A stretch of DNA of 64,000 nt from an uncultured Candidatus Saccharibacteria bacterium (GTDB lineage: Bacteria; Patescibacteriota; Dojkabacteria; GCA-002793355), in contig CAZGEO010000001.1 in the NCBI GenBank assembly GCA_964525295.1, positions 376,662 to 440,661 of the forward strand, read 5' to 3'. Under the pieces are notes generated by a model. The model was given only the letters and a program-made list of their open reading frames with translations, had not been told where the DNA came from and searched no databases. The position numbers were made by a program, and so were the translations under genes. Below are positions 1 to 9,528 of this stretch, piece by piece (the first letter of the stretch is position 1; every line of letters starts with the position of its first letter).

Positions 1-357
1 ACGAACCAAAGCAGCCATAATATCAAGATTATCACGCTGAAAAGTCATAAACATCTCCCCCAAATAGTATTCATGTGGCAAATAACAATCTGCATCTAAA
101 AAGAGTAAATGTGACTGAGTTGCAGCAGCAGCCCCACGATTACGCCCTTCAGCTACAGCACCTCCTTCGACTAACACACAACCATATTTCTTTGCAATTT
201 CTTTTGTCTTATCTGTAGTTTTTGGGCTATCTGCAACGATAATTTCTGCCGGAATAAATAATTGTGATTGTAAACTCTCCAATAATTTTGGTAAATGTGA
301 TTCTTCGTTATAAGTTGGTATAACAACTGAAATTGGGAGAATAATTTTGTCGTTCAT
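1..357 (-). CDS. Glycosyltransferase family 2 (partial; C-terminus runs off the window start)
   Basis: Own minus-strand translation gives MNDKIILPISVVIPTYNEE...FLDADC. This is a GT2 N-terminal fold with a DxD motif. The ATG is at 355-357. Confidence 0.6.
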   Translation of the reverse strand, partial: MNDKIILPISVVIPTYNEESHLPKLLESLQSQLFIPAEIIVADSPKTTDKTKEIAKKYGCVLVEGGAVAEGRNRGAAAATQSHLLFLDADCYLPHEYYLGEMFMTFQRDNLDIMAALVR

Positions 358-362
358 AACGT

Positions 363-533
363 CTATTCTTTATCTGAAGTGGGCTTCAGTGATTTTAAAT
401 AACTTTTTACAATATTTTTGAGTGCCATACCACTTATGTAAACTCCTAAAAACGCTAATGCAGCTTCACCTGCATAAACTACAACGCTTTTCGCAACATT
501 TTTTGCAGCTTGGGCACTTTCCTGCATTTTCAT
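363..533 (-). CDS. Small hydrophobic protein (56 aa), hypothetical
   Basis: Own translation gives MKMQESAQAAKNVAKSVVVYAGEAALAFLGVYISGMALKNIV..., with one predicted TM segment. It lies between mreB and the GT2 gene on the same strand. It is too short for the supplied ORF track. Confidence 0.25.
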   Translation of the reverse strand: MKMQESAQAAKNVAKSVVVYAGEAALAFLGVYISGMALKNIVKSYLKSLKPTSDKE

Positions 534-555
534 AGACTATTCTAGCACCTTTTCG

Positions 556-1575
556 CTATCCTATTGTAGTTATAGTTTTCTCAAGAACATCTAAATAATC
601 CAGCGACATCCCCGTACCTCTAGCTACACAATGAATGGGATCATCAGCCAAATATGCCGGTACCCCCAATGCTTTAGAGAATAACCTATCTAAATTGCGA
701 AGCATCGAACTACCACCACTCATCACGATCCCCCGATCGATAATGTCAGCCGAGAGTTCTGGAGGTGTTTTTTCAAGTAATTTTTTGAGTGACATTAAAA
801 TATCATTAAGAGGTTGCTTCAATGCCTCGGCAATTTCATTAGAAGTAAAAATATCGGAACGTGGCAGTCCTGTTGCTACATCTCGACCACTCACTTCCAT
901 CTGCGAAGGATTTTCAACTCTTGTTGCTGAACCTATCGCAATTTTAACTTTTTCTGCCATTTGCTCACCAATTATCAGCCCTCTCTCTTTACGTGCATAT
1001 GTCGCAATGGCACTATTAAATTCATCACCTGCGATACGAACTGAAGTAGCAACTACAATACCATTCAAAGAGATCACCGCAATTTCTGTTGTTCCACCAC
1101 CCATATTAACAATCATATTGCCAGCTGAAGAATGTATCGGTAATTTTGCACCGATTGCTGCTGCCAATGGTTCAGGAATTAAATAGACACGACCAGCGCC
1201 AGCATGCATTGCTGCCTTAATTACGGCTCTTTTCTCGACAGATGTGATGCCGACTGGAGCAGAAATCATAATTTCTGGGCGAAAAATTCGTACTCGACCA
1301 ATAGCTTTTGTAATGAAGTATTTTAGTAATTCTTCTGTCACTCGAGCACTTGCAATTACTCCACTTCTGAGAGGACGTTTGATCATAATATTCTCTGGCG
1401 TCTTTCCAAGCATTACCTTTGCATCGTTTCCAATTGCTAAAATTGATAAGTCAGAAGTATCAATCGCCACTACCGTAGGCTCTTCCAATACAACACCTTG
1501 CCCTTGCACAAAAACAACGGAGTTTGCAGTTCCGAGGTCAATTCCAAGGCGTTTTGGTCTAAGAGAAAATCCCAT
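556..1575 (-). CDS. mreB: Rod shape-determining protein MreB (actin-like ATPase)
   Basis: MGFSLRPKRLGIDLGTANSVVFV...IDRGIVMSGGSS... matches MreB/HSP70-actin superfamily motifs. The start was moved to the internal MGFS Met (ATG at 1573-1575) to give 339 aa. Confidence 0.9.
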   Translation of the reverse strand: MGFSLRPKRLGIDLGTANSVVFVQGQGVVLEEPTVVAIDTSDLSILAIGNDAKVMLGKTPENIMIKRPLRSGVIASARVTEELLKYFITKAIGRVRIFRPEIMISAPVGITSVEKRAVIKAAMHAGAGRVYLIPEPLAAAIGAKLPIHSSAGNMIVNMGGGTTEIAVISLNGIVVATSVRIAGDEFNSAIATYARKERGLIIGEQMAEKVKIAIGSATRVENPSQMEVSGRDVATGLPRSDIFTSNEIAEALKQPLNDILMSLKKLLEKTPPELSADIIDRGIVMSGGSSMLRNLDRLFSKALGVPAYLADDPIHCVARGTGMSLDYLDVLEKTITTIG

Positions 1576-1674
1576 TATCCAATTATACCCTATTCTCCAA
1601 TTTGGCGATTGTTGAATAAAGCAGCACACAGCGAAATCACTTTTGTGTAAAAAATTGTGCTACAATAATTAGCT

Positions 1675-3285
1675 ATGAATATTCTACAAAACCCAAAATT
1701 ACGTGCATTATTAAAGAAAGCACTGATAATCATTTTGCCCATATTCTCAACAGCTTTCTTGCTTGGCACAACCCTCATAATAATTATCGTCATGAAGGGC
1801 TACTCTATCGATATTCGAAAGCAAGAAATAATCAAAACCGGGGTGCTTAATGTTGAAACCAACCCTGCAGACGCCGACATAACCGTAGATGGCCAATTTT
1901 CAGGCAAGAGCAACAAGGCAATCCCAAATCTTCGCATAGGTAACTATACCGTCACGCTGAGCAAAACGGGTTACTATTCATATCAAAGAAAATTAGAAAT
2001 TCTTCACGGATTGGCTTCTCCAATTATTGTACCGTTGCTGCGCGAAAGTAATGCAGCGAAATTGCAAGACATCACACCAAAAGACCTTGTTGATTCAAAT
2101 GAAACCGGATATTACCTACTAGAAGAACAAATTGCCGAGGCAACAACCACAACGACTACGCCGACAAACGCTGCTGTTAAAAATACCAGAACCTATCTAC
2201 TTACCCATGTTTCAATAACAAAACCTTTCTTTGATGATCCCAAAGCTGCGCTTGACGAAACCATGACCATTACTACACTTTCATCGACTCCCATTACAGA
2301 TATTTCGGTTTCTCCAACAGGCAAATTAATTCTCGCAAAATTGACTGATGCGTCAGGAGCTTCTTCATTATCATTAATTCCCTTCAAGAAAGGAACCTCT
2401 GTGAATGCAAATCTTGCAGATACAAAGATGCTTACGTTTTATCAAAAAGATACCAACACCCAGATTACCTGGTCAGGCGATGGCGACTATATCTTAGTTG
2501 AAACACCAACTCAAGTAATTTCATATAATACAAAAACTGCTACACGTTTGATTATTTTAGAAAAAAGCGAATTGCAGCTCGACAAAGATACTGTCGTTTG
2601 GAATATGAATAAATCAGGCATTTCGATTGCTAAAAAAGCACAAGGCAGCGATCTCAATACCTTTGAATTGCAAGAAATTTCGTATAATGGCAACCCCTTG
2701 TCAATCACTGTACCAACTGTTCAATTACCCGAAATTCCAAAAAGAATTTGGAGTTTTGGAACGCAACAAAGGCCAATTTTCGTAATTTCAACTAAAGCCG
2801 GCACTTATGTTTTTGGTAAACTTTTTGATCCAAAAGTTGGTGAGTTAGACATTACCTTAGCCTCAACGAAAATTGGCGAAACTGAGATTTCTCATTTTTC
2901 TGAAGATTTTTCATTAATACAGATCTCGTCACTTGCTGCCTCAAATATTCTCTATTCCGCAGACAAGCACTCGTTTATCATTATTACCGAAGATAAAAAG
3001 CAGGCAGAAATTTTTACGATAAATAGGCGTGCAGCAGATCACCTAACCAAACTTGGTAATCAATCACTTCTCAAAAGTGAACAATCACTAGATTTCACCT
3101 ATTTCACAGAAGATGGGTTTTACTTCATTTACACAAAAGAACGCAATCTCTTTGCTACCGACATTACAGGGCAAAATACCTACACATTACAATCTGGCGT
3201 AACTTCACCAGTTCCAGGGCAAGGCGACTCGGCAATGCTCTATCTGGGCGACGACAAGAATCTATACTTCAAGATACTGAGATAA
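1675..3285 (+). CDS. PEGA-domain membrane-anchored protein with a Thr-rich linker
   Basis: It has an N-terminal TM segment. A PEGA-like motif is present (PADADITVDGQFSGKS...GNYTVTLSKTGYYSYQRKLEI). A TTTTTTPTN linker follows. The C-terminal region is beta-rich and uncharacterised. Confidence 0.55.
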   Translation: MNILQNPKLRALLKKALIIILPIFSTAFLLGTTLIIIIVMKGYSIDIRKQEIIKTGVLNVETNPADADITVDGQFSGKSNKAIPNLRIGNYTVTLSKTGYYSYQRKLEILHGLASPIIVPLLRESNAAKLQDITPKDLVDSNETGYYLLEEQIAEATTTTTTPTNAAVKNTRTYLLTHVSITKPFFDDPKAALDETMTITTLSSTPITDISVSPTGKLILAKLTDASGASSLSLIPFKKGTSVNANLADTKMLTFYQKDTNTQITWSGDGDYILVETPTQVISYNTKTATRLIILEKSELQLDKDTVVWNMNKSGISIAKKAQGSDLNTFELQEISYNGNPLSITVPTVQLPEIPKRIWSFGTQQRPIFVISTKAGTYVFGKLFDPKVGELDITLASTKIGETEISHFSEDFSLIQISSLAASNILYSADKHSFIIITEDKKQAEIFTINRRAADHLTKLGNQSLLKSEQSLDFTYFTEDGFYFIYTKERNLFATDITGQNTYTLQSGVTSPVPGQGDSAMLYLGDDKNLYFKILR

Positions 3286-3485
3286 GCAAAAAAATTGTCA
3301 ATTCTCAATTTCTAATTGTAAACCGCACATATCATCAGTATGCCAACTATTATTGCCAGAATTTGCCGAATTTATTAAATGTTAACTATTAAAAATTAAT
3401 AAACCAGCGAACTCTAGTTTCATCGCAATCTCATTTCATCCATGATAGAATCATAATATAGGTACTTAAATTCACTCGCTATACT

Positions 3486-4559
3486 ATGGCAGTTACCTAC
3501 GAATTCTCCCCAATCAACGAAAAAGAATATGCCCAACTCATCAAAAAAGCATCTTATACAACGTTTTACAACTCTCCAGAACGACTCTCATTTATCGGTA
3601 AAAGGAATCGTAAAAGCGGTCTTTTTAAAGTAACCCAAAACGATAGTGCAGTTGCGCTAGTTGCCTATCAAGTAATCCCAGCAAAAAGCGGTAGCTTTGT
3701 GTATTTTCAGCACTCACCACTTTTTATCGACACTCGAGTTGCTGAAGATCCAGCCTTTTGGTCACAATTGAAAAATTTTGCCCACGGCATTGGGAGCAAA
3801 GAACAAGCAGTATATGTTCGTTTTACTCCACGAATCTTGTCAACTAAAACTGTAGTTGCTGATATTATTGAAGCTGGATTCAAAAGAGCTCCAGTACAGG
3901 AACTTGACGCATGCGTCACCAGAGTTATTGCGGTACCACAATTCGATGAAAAAAATCTTCGCGATGATATAGCCGTAACGTTAGAAAGAGCTCGCAAAAA
4001 AAATCTAACAGTCTCCTTCGAAAGTGATCAAACGGCAGTTGAAGACTTTGTCTCTATTTATCGAACACTTGCTGCTAAAAAGCAGATCGATTTTGTACCT
4101 GTAGATTACTTAAAAGATGAATTGAAGATCTACGCAGATGCCGAAAAGTTACTCATCGCAAAAGTTCACGACGATAAAGGTGTTTTATTCGCAAGCGCAG
4201 CAGTAGTTGTTGATGGCGACAACGCTTGGTACTATTGGGCTGCGATCTCAGATCAGGGTAAAGAAGTCGGTGCAGATGTACTCATCTTAGCAGAAACTAT
4301 TCCTTATTTAGCAAAGAAAAAAGTACGATTACTCGACATGTGGGGCGGTTCAGTGTCAAAGGAAATATCCGATAAAGCTCTCCCCCACCCATGGAAAGAA
4401 CTTGATAAATTCCGTCAGCGTTTTGGCGCAAGCCTTGTTGAATACCTACCTGCCGTCGATATCGCAGTTAGGCCACCTCAATATCTTGCAGCAGTATTCT
4501 ATCAACGAGCCTTAATGACGAAGAGAGGATATCCATACGTTCCGCTGAAGGCAGACTAA
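3486..4559 (+). CDS. FemAB-like / GNAT-fold peptidoglycan bridge-formation family protein (putative)
   Basis: The 357-aa size and overall composition resemble FemX/FemAB aminoacyl-tRNA-dependent transferases. The assignment rests on recollection of the family, not on a strong motif. Confidence 0.4.
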   Translation: MAVTYEFSPINEKEYAQLIKKASYTTFYNSPERLSFIGKRNRKSGLFKVTQNDSAVALVAYQVIPAKSGSFVYFQHSPLFIDTRVAEDPAFWSQLKNFAHGIGSKEQAVYVRFTPRILSTKTVVADIIEAGFKRAPVQELDACVTRVIAVPQFDEKNLRDDIAVTLERARKKNLTVSFESDQTAVEDFVSIYRTLAAKKQIDFVPVDYLKDELKIYADAEKLLIAKVHDDKGVLFASAAVVVDGDNAWYYWAAISDQGKEVGADVLILAETIPYLAKKKVRLLDMWGGSVSKEISDKALPHPWKELDKFRQRFGASLVEYLPAVDIAVRPPQYLAAVFYQRALMTKRGYPYVPLKAD

Positions 4560-4651
4560 TTATCAATTCGTAATTTTCAATGATCAATAGGCAAATACAT
4601 TAATTGTTTCTTATACCTTGCAATTGAAAACTGGAAATTGAGAATTAATAA

Positions 4652-5218
4652 TTATTTTTTTGTGTAAACATACACCTTGTTTCTCCACCCTTTACCCCCA
4701 AGATCTATCTCCTGCTCTTTAAAATCGGCCGATTTCATCTTGAAAACATAACTGACTACCTTCGTGCCCTTTCGAAGTTCTTTGTTGAATTTTGGCACCA
4801 AAACACCATCCACAAAAGACGAGAGCATAAAGAGGAAAATCACGTCGTAATCGGTATATTTAAAATTTTGTGCATCTCCACAAATAAGTGAGATATTTTG
4901 CTTTTGAAAAAAGATCTTTTTTCTTAATGTTGCCCAAATATGGAGAAATGAATTCATTTCAATGCCCGTCATCTCTAATTTTGGAAAATCTTTTGCCAAT
5001 GCGAATAAAATAGTGCCTGAACCAGAACCAATATCAATGATTCGCTCGGTTCCCTGAAGTCCTACTGCTCGTGCCATAGCAGTAATGCCTCGCGAATCTG
5101 AGGGAATAAAGGGAACATATTTCTCTTTATTCTTCAAAGAAATAATAAAATTGGCGCAAAGATACCAGACTCCAGCTATCCAAACCAGAATCATAAAAAC
5201 AAGAAATACTATGGTCAT
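4652..5218 (-). CDS. Class I SAM-dependent methyltransferase with N-terminal TM helix
   Basis: Motif I IIDIGSGSGTILFALAKDF sits after a hydrophobic N-terminus. Confidence 0.6.
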   Translation of the reverse strand: MTIVFLVFMILVWIAGVWYLCANFIISLKNKEKYVPFIPSDSRGITAMARAVGLQGTERIIDIGSGSGTILFALAKDFPKLEMTGIEMNSFLHIWATLRKKIFFQKQNISLICGDAQNFKYTDYDVIFLFMLSSFVDGVLVPKFNKELRKGTKVVSYVFKMKSADFKEQEIDLGGKGWRNKVYVYTKK

Positions 5219-5220
5219 CG

Positions 5221-6462
5221 CTAATTGTAACGCATTTTCAATAACTTGGCTGCAAGCGGAACTGTAGTGAAAAGTGCCATGATACCAAGCGTTGTGTACA
5301 TCACAGGCATACCGAATTGTGGAATTATTATCATCGATAAACCTGTTAGCGCAACATACACAAATCCGATTAGGAGACTTAGCACAGAAAGTGCCGTAGC
5401 GCGTACTTTCGAATCAAATGCATTGTTTATCATCGGCGAAAGAATTGTCCACCTCGCAGTTGTTGCTATCATTGCACCTTGAATAAAGGGAAGTCCCCAA
5501 TATCCTTGCAAAAACATACCTGGCAAGTAAGAAATCAAAAGGATCGCTGGGAAGAAAATTATTGTCCTATTGAAATTAAACAATTTATCGTTAGTAAGTA
5601 ATTTAGCAATCAATACAACGTTCAAGAAGCGCATAACCGCGCTAAAAATGCCTCTAAGTTCATCTGAATAACCAAGCGCAACCATCATAAATTCATTGAA
5701 ATATAGTGTTGATGCCCAAGCAATTCCACCAACAAAAACATAATAAAAGGAAAAAACTTTTGTTTTATCTGTTTTGAAAACCTCTTTAATCCCCTGTTTC
5801 ATTTGTTTGAAGTAACCACTCCATGAGAACTTTTCGCTATCGATTACTGGTTCAATATAGAAATAAACTGCGACTGCACCGATTAGCAGAGATAATGCAT
5901 AGCCCCAAAATGGAAATGCTGCGTTGGTTGCATACATAAACCCCGATAGTAACGCACCTGAAATGAGTCCTGCTTGATAAATGAAATTTCCGTTTGAATA
6001 TACTTTTTTGATCTCCTCTTCTTTGCCATCTTGTTTGAAAGAATCATAAATTAATGCTTCTTCTGAGCCAGATCTGAAAGAATCGCTAATTCCAATAAGA
6101 AGCACGATGCCCAACGCTTGCCAATAACTCTGAAAAAATGGATAGATCAAATAAGCAAAAGCACCGAGTACGAACGATATTAGAACTGAAGTGCGACGCC
6201 CCAAAATGTCGGCAAAGGCACCGCTTGGAATCTCTAAAAACATCTGAGCTAAATACATGATGGTAACTAAACTTGAAATTTCAGCAGCATTAAGTCCACG
6301 AGATTGTTGAAAAACAATCCAAATAGAGGCGGTTAGTATAAAGGAATTGAAGAAAAGTGACACGTAATACACATTTGTATTTCTTGGAGAGATTTGCGGT
6401 TTGTTTGTTGGCAACATGAGGTATTTTACGCTGAATTGGGAAAGGGGGCAATGTTTCTTCAC
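5221..6462 (-). CDS. MFS transporter
   Basis: It has about 12 predicted TM helices. It carries the MFS signature-like GRRTSVL. The ORF-track start is a GTG that overlaps the stop of the upstream gene (GTGA). An alternative start is ATG at Met16. Confidence 0.7.
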   Translation of the reverse strand: MKKHCPLSQFSVKYLMLPTNKPQISPRNTNVYYVSLFFNSFILTASIWIVFQQSRGLNAAEISSLVTIMYLAQMFLEIPSGAFADILGRRTSVLISFVLGAFAYLIYPFFQSYWQALGIVLLIGISDSFRSGSEEALIYDSFKQDGKEEEIKKVYSNGNFIYQAGLISGALLSGFMYATNAAFPFWGYALSLLIGAVAVYFYIEPVIDSEKFSWSGYFKQMKQGIKEVFKTDKTKVFSFYYVFVGGIAWASTLYFNEFMMVALGYSDELRGIFSAVMRFLNVVLIAKLLTNDKLFNFNRTIIFFPAILLISYLPGMFLQGYWGLPFIQGAMIATTARWTILSPMINNAFDSKVRATALSVLSLLIGFVYVALTGLSMIIIPQFGMPVMYTTLGIMALFTTVPLAAKLLKMRYN

Positions 6463-7583
6463 ATAAACTTCTTTTTGAAGTTTTCATAACTGCCCAATTT
6501 CCTAAAGTTTATTGAAAATCTATTATCGGATAACTTTCGAATTATTACCGAATCAAGACCAATAATTCTCAATCTGTCATAAGTTAAGAGTTCGCCTTCA
6601 TTGAGGCCCAAAACCTCGCGTAACAACCATTTTCCAAGGGCTTTATTAGGATTTGACATCAAAGCTTTATCACCATCTTGACATATAGCAGCATTCATCT
6701 CCTTACCATTAGGTAACTCTATATCAAAAGGCACTTTTCTCGAAGGAAAAAAATTTGGGAATTTATGATTTATCCAAGCAGGTATTTGAATGTAAACTTC
6801 ATCTGCATTTCGTTTTCTTCCTCTTGCGTTCCATTGATTCAATTGGCTTCTTTCTGGTACAGATTTATCTTTATCAGAGTACAGTGGTAGGTAAATGTAT
6901 TCTAAGCTTTGTTGTTCAGAATATTCTAAATCTGTTGCGAGATTTCCCACCAAGTCTTCAAGTACCTCAAATGGGTCATCAATAATATTTACAGGTATTT
7001 CAATCAATTCTGCTGGAGTAGAGAAACGTTTATATAACGTGCTTTTAGAAAGGTTAAAACTGTATTCATTGAAACCATCATTGAATCTAATAACGTTGTC
7101 TTTTTCATTTACATTCGATATCGACTCGATATCTACTTTATTCATGTCTGTATCGTATACAAGCATTAAACCCTTTTTCCTTGTAATACAATGATAAGCG
7201 AGTGTTTCCAAGCCATGAATTCGCTTAGTCGCTTCTAGTCTCTCATTTCTAAGAAAGGACACTATTTGAACTATTTCATCAACCTTCTTTCCAGAATATA
7301 ATTTCTTATCTCTATTGAATTCGGCTATCTTCTGAATTGTACGACCATTACCTTCTATAAAAGTTTTTATCCCTAGACCAATATTTTGTACACTCGCATC
7401 TGCTGAAACATCTGATCTTGAAAGATTTTTTGCATGAAATGCCTTACAGAACAAATTTTCAGACACTCTGTAGCTTACATATGGAACATTTGTGTCTGCA
7501 AATAAATTGGATAACGATCCAACAATTTGAAGTAACTTTTTATATGTTTCTATCTCCTCGACTTTTCTAGTATTAAGAAACAT
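6459..7583 (-). CDS. Putative type II restriction endonuclease (cognate of adjacent C5-MTase)
   Basis: A 374-aa soluble protein sits immediately downstream of a C5 cytosine methyltransferase on the same strand, with 2 nt between the genes. It has no homology to housekeeping families that I recognise. Confidence 0.5.
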   Translation of the reverse strand: MFLNTRKVEEIETYKKLLQIVGSLSNLFADTNVPYVSYRVSENLFCKAFHAKNLSRSDVSADASVQNIGLGIKTFIEGNGRTIQKIAEFNRDKKLYSGKKVDEIVQIVSFLRNERLEATKRIHGLETLAYHCITRKKGLMLVYDTDMNKVDIESISNVNEKDNVIRFNDGFNEYSFNLSKSTLYKRFSTPAELIEIPVNIIDDPFEVLEDLVGNLATDLEYSEQQSLEYIYLPLYSDKDKSVPERSQLNQWNARGRKRNADEVYIQIPAWINHKFPNFFPSRKVPFDIELPNGKEMNAAICQDGDKALMSNPNKALGKWLLREVLGLNEGELLTYDRLRIIGLDSVIIRKLSDNRFSINFRKLGSYENFKKKFM

Positions 7584-7585
7584 TT

Positions 7586-8563
7586 TTATTCCTGACTTAA
7601 AGCTAAGTATAGGCTTTTTGCTATTCTTTCGATCACAGGAACACTCACAGAATTTCCAAACTGTTTATAGAGCTGAGAATCAGCTATCAAAGGCAATTTA
7701 AAATTACGAGGAAATCCTTGAATTCTTGAACATTCTTTTGGTGTTATTTTTCTAATAATTTTACCCTGCCTGATAATTGGAACATTATGTCCCCCCATCC
7801 CCATGTTCGCTGTTAAAGTGGGAAAAACATTGTTTTTATTCTCTCTTACGTAAACCCTTCTCCATTGGTAAACGGTATCCTCTCTAGTTACAGAATCTTT
7901 CAATTTTGAAAATAAGTTTTTATTGTTGTATACGTACTTTTCATCTACATCAGAATCGAGAATATCTTTGATTCCCTTGTCCCGCTTGAGAGGATTTGGG
8001 AATTCAAATGAATCATAGTGTTTTTTCTGTTTGAATCCTACAATATATACTCTCTCTCTGTTTTGCGGTAAATTGCCATACTCCATCGAATTAAGCACCT
8101 TATACTTAACATAATATCCGAGTTCTTTTAATCGCTCGAATATAATTTTGAAAGTCCTCCCCTTATCATGTTTCTCTAAATTTTTAACATTCTCAAGAAA
8201 GAATGCGATAGGTTTAGTATCTTTAATTATTCTATCGATTTCGAAAAATAAATTTCCTCGCCCCTTTTCATCTTCAAAACCTTTTCTATAACCTGCAATG
8301 GAAAATGCTTGACATGGAAAACCACCTAAAAGAATATCATACTTCGGCAACTCTTCACTTTTTAAATCACGTATATCTTTAGTATCAAGTTTAATCGTTC
8401 CGAAATTCAAATCATATGTTACTTTACAATATTTATCGAAATCATTTGCATAAACAGTCTCAAATCCTTCAGAATTTTCAAACCCCAATCTAACTCCGCC
8501 AATACCGGCGAACAAATCGATTGTTTTAAATACTTTCTTTTTATTCATATCTATATTGTACAC
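7586..8563 (-). CDS. DNA (cytosine-5)-methyltransferase, M.HhaI-like
   Basis: Motif I is FAGIGG. Motif IV is GFPCQAFSIAG. Motif VI is ENV. Motif VIII is QNRERVYIVGF. Motifs IX/X are QFGNSVSVPV. Similarity to my recollection of M.HhaI runs along most of the length, apart from the variable TRD. Confidence 0.9.
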   Translation of the reverse strand: MYNIDMNKKKVFKTIDLFAGIGGVRLGFENSEGFETVYANDFDKYCKVTYDLNFGTIKLDTKDIRDLKSEELPKYDILLGGFPCQAFSIAGYRKGFEDEKGRGNLFFEIDRIIKDTKPIAFFLENVKNLEKHDKGRTFKIIFERLKELGYYVKYKVLNSMEYGNLPQNRERVYIVGFKQKKHYDSFEFPNPLKRDKGIKDILDSDVDEKYVYNNKNLFSKLKDSVTREDTVYQWRRVYVRENKNNVFPTLTANMGMGGHNVPIIRQGKIIRKITPKECSRIQGFPRNFKLPLIADSQLYKQFGNSVSVPVIERIAKSLYLALSQE

Positions 8564-8895
8564 GAGAATTGTTATTCACTTTGCTAATACATATTACAAT
8601 ATTATCATGATTTTTTAAAGAAATAATGATTCGATATATTGCTATGGGAAAACTACATTTCTAAATACTAAATTTACATGCTTATTTTTTAACCAATCGC
8701 TAATTCGGGGGAATCGGCTCCCCACCAAATTCTGGATTCATTCCTCATCACAGAATTTGCACATATAAGTTCTAGCGGGTTTTAGGCGTAGCCTCGCTCT
8801 CGTCAAACGTGAAATCGTTCACGTTCTCCTCAAGTTTCGATTCCCCAAATAATAAAAAAAGGTGTCTGCCCACTTTGCAAGTGAACAAACACCTT

Positions 8896-8968
8896 TGGAC
8901 CGTGGGGGAATCGAACCCTCGACCGAGCGATTAAGAGTCGCCTGCTCTACCGACTGAGCTAACGATCC
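8896..8968 (-). tRNA. tRNA-Lys (anticodon CTT)
   Basis: Manual cloverleaf: acceptor GGATCGT/ACGGTCC, D-arm GCTC-AGTCGGTA-GAGC, anticodon loop CT-CTT-AA, T-loop TTCGATT. Length is 73 nt. CCA is not encoded. Confidence 0.85.
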
Positions 8969-9055
8969 ACTAAGAATGCTGAATTATAACACAGCTAAAA
9001 CCTCCATTTCCAGAGCCAGAGAGCAAATCCTCCAACCAGTGCACATTGACAATCA

Positions 9056-9514
9056 TTAATTGATACGTATTTCTGTCGTACTCTTACCTGTTTTCTCTTT
9101 TACCTCTGGCGTGCGTAAAACGTACGAATCGGGTATGAATTTGTAAAAACGCCCCGAAAGAGCAGCATTTACTAAGTCTTCTGGTTTCAAAAACTCATCT
9201 TTTGCTTGAGGAAATTTCTTAACGTACGCAATACCCATTTTCACAATTTCGACTACATTGCATGCGACTACTCGACCATTGGCTTGGATGCCCCAAACTT
9301 TTCCAAAAGTGCTTTTTGGATCATAAATCGTAATTGCAACCTTACTGCCTTGCTCAATTTGTTTACTATGTAAGGCACTTTTGCTCGACAAGAAGAAGAG
9401 ATTCAGCTTCTCATCATGCACATAGAACACATTCGCTGACCACACTTCGTCATTGACTGAAGTCGCTAATGACAATGTTGTGTTAGAACGCAACAATATT
9501 TCCAATTCTTCCAT
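9056..9514 (-). CDS. Pyridoxamine 5'-phosphate oxidase-like (FMN-binding split barrel) family protein
   Basis: The 152-aa size and pattern resemble PNPOx-like / general stress protein 26 family members. Support is weak. Confidence 0.4.
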   Translation of the reverse strand: MEELEILLRSNTTLSLATSVNDEVWSANVFYVHDEKLNLFFLSSKSALHSKQIEQGSKVAITIYDPKSTFGKVWGIQANGRVVACNVVEIVKMGIAYVKKFPQAKDEFLKPEDLVNAALSGRFYKFIPDSYVLRTPEVKEKTGKSTTEIRIN

Positions 9515-9528
9515 ACGAAATTGTACAC

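Noticed and set aside
635-1615. Plus-strand ORFs 635-1186 and 1244-1615
   Set aside because: They are antisense to mreB, which has unambiguous homology. They are composition-driven shadow ORFs.
8700-8856. tRNA-like fragments (GGGGGAATCGG at 8706-8716 and GTTTCGATTCCCC at 8842-8854) near tRNA-Lys, considered as attL/attR remnants of an integrated element carrying the R-M genes
   Set aside because: The matches are only 10-12 nt. The second is in the opposite orientation to the tRNA. No integrase gene is present, so this is insufficient for an integration site.
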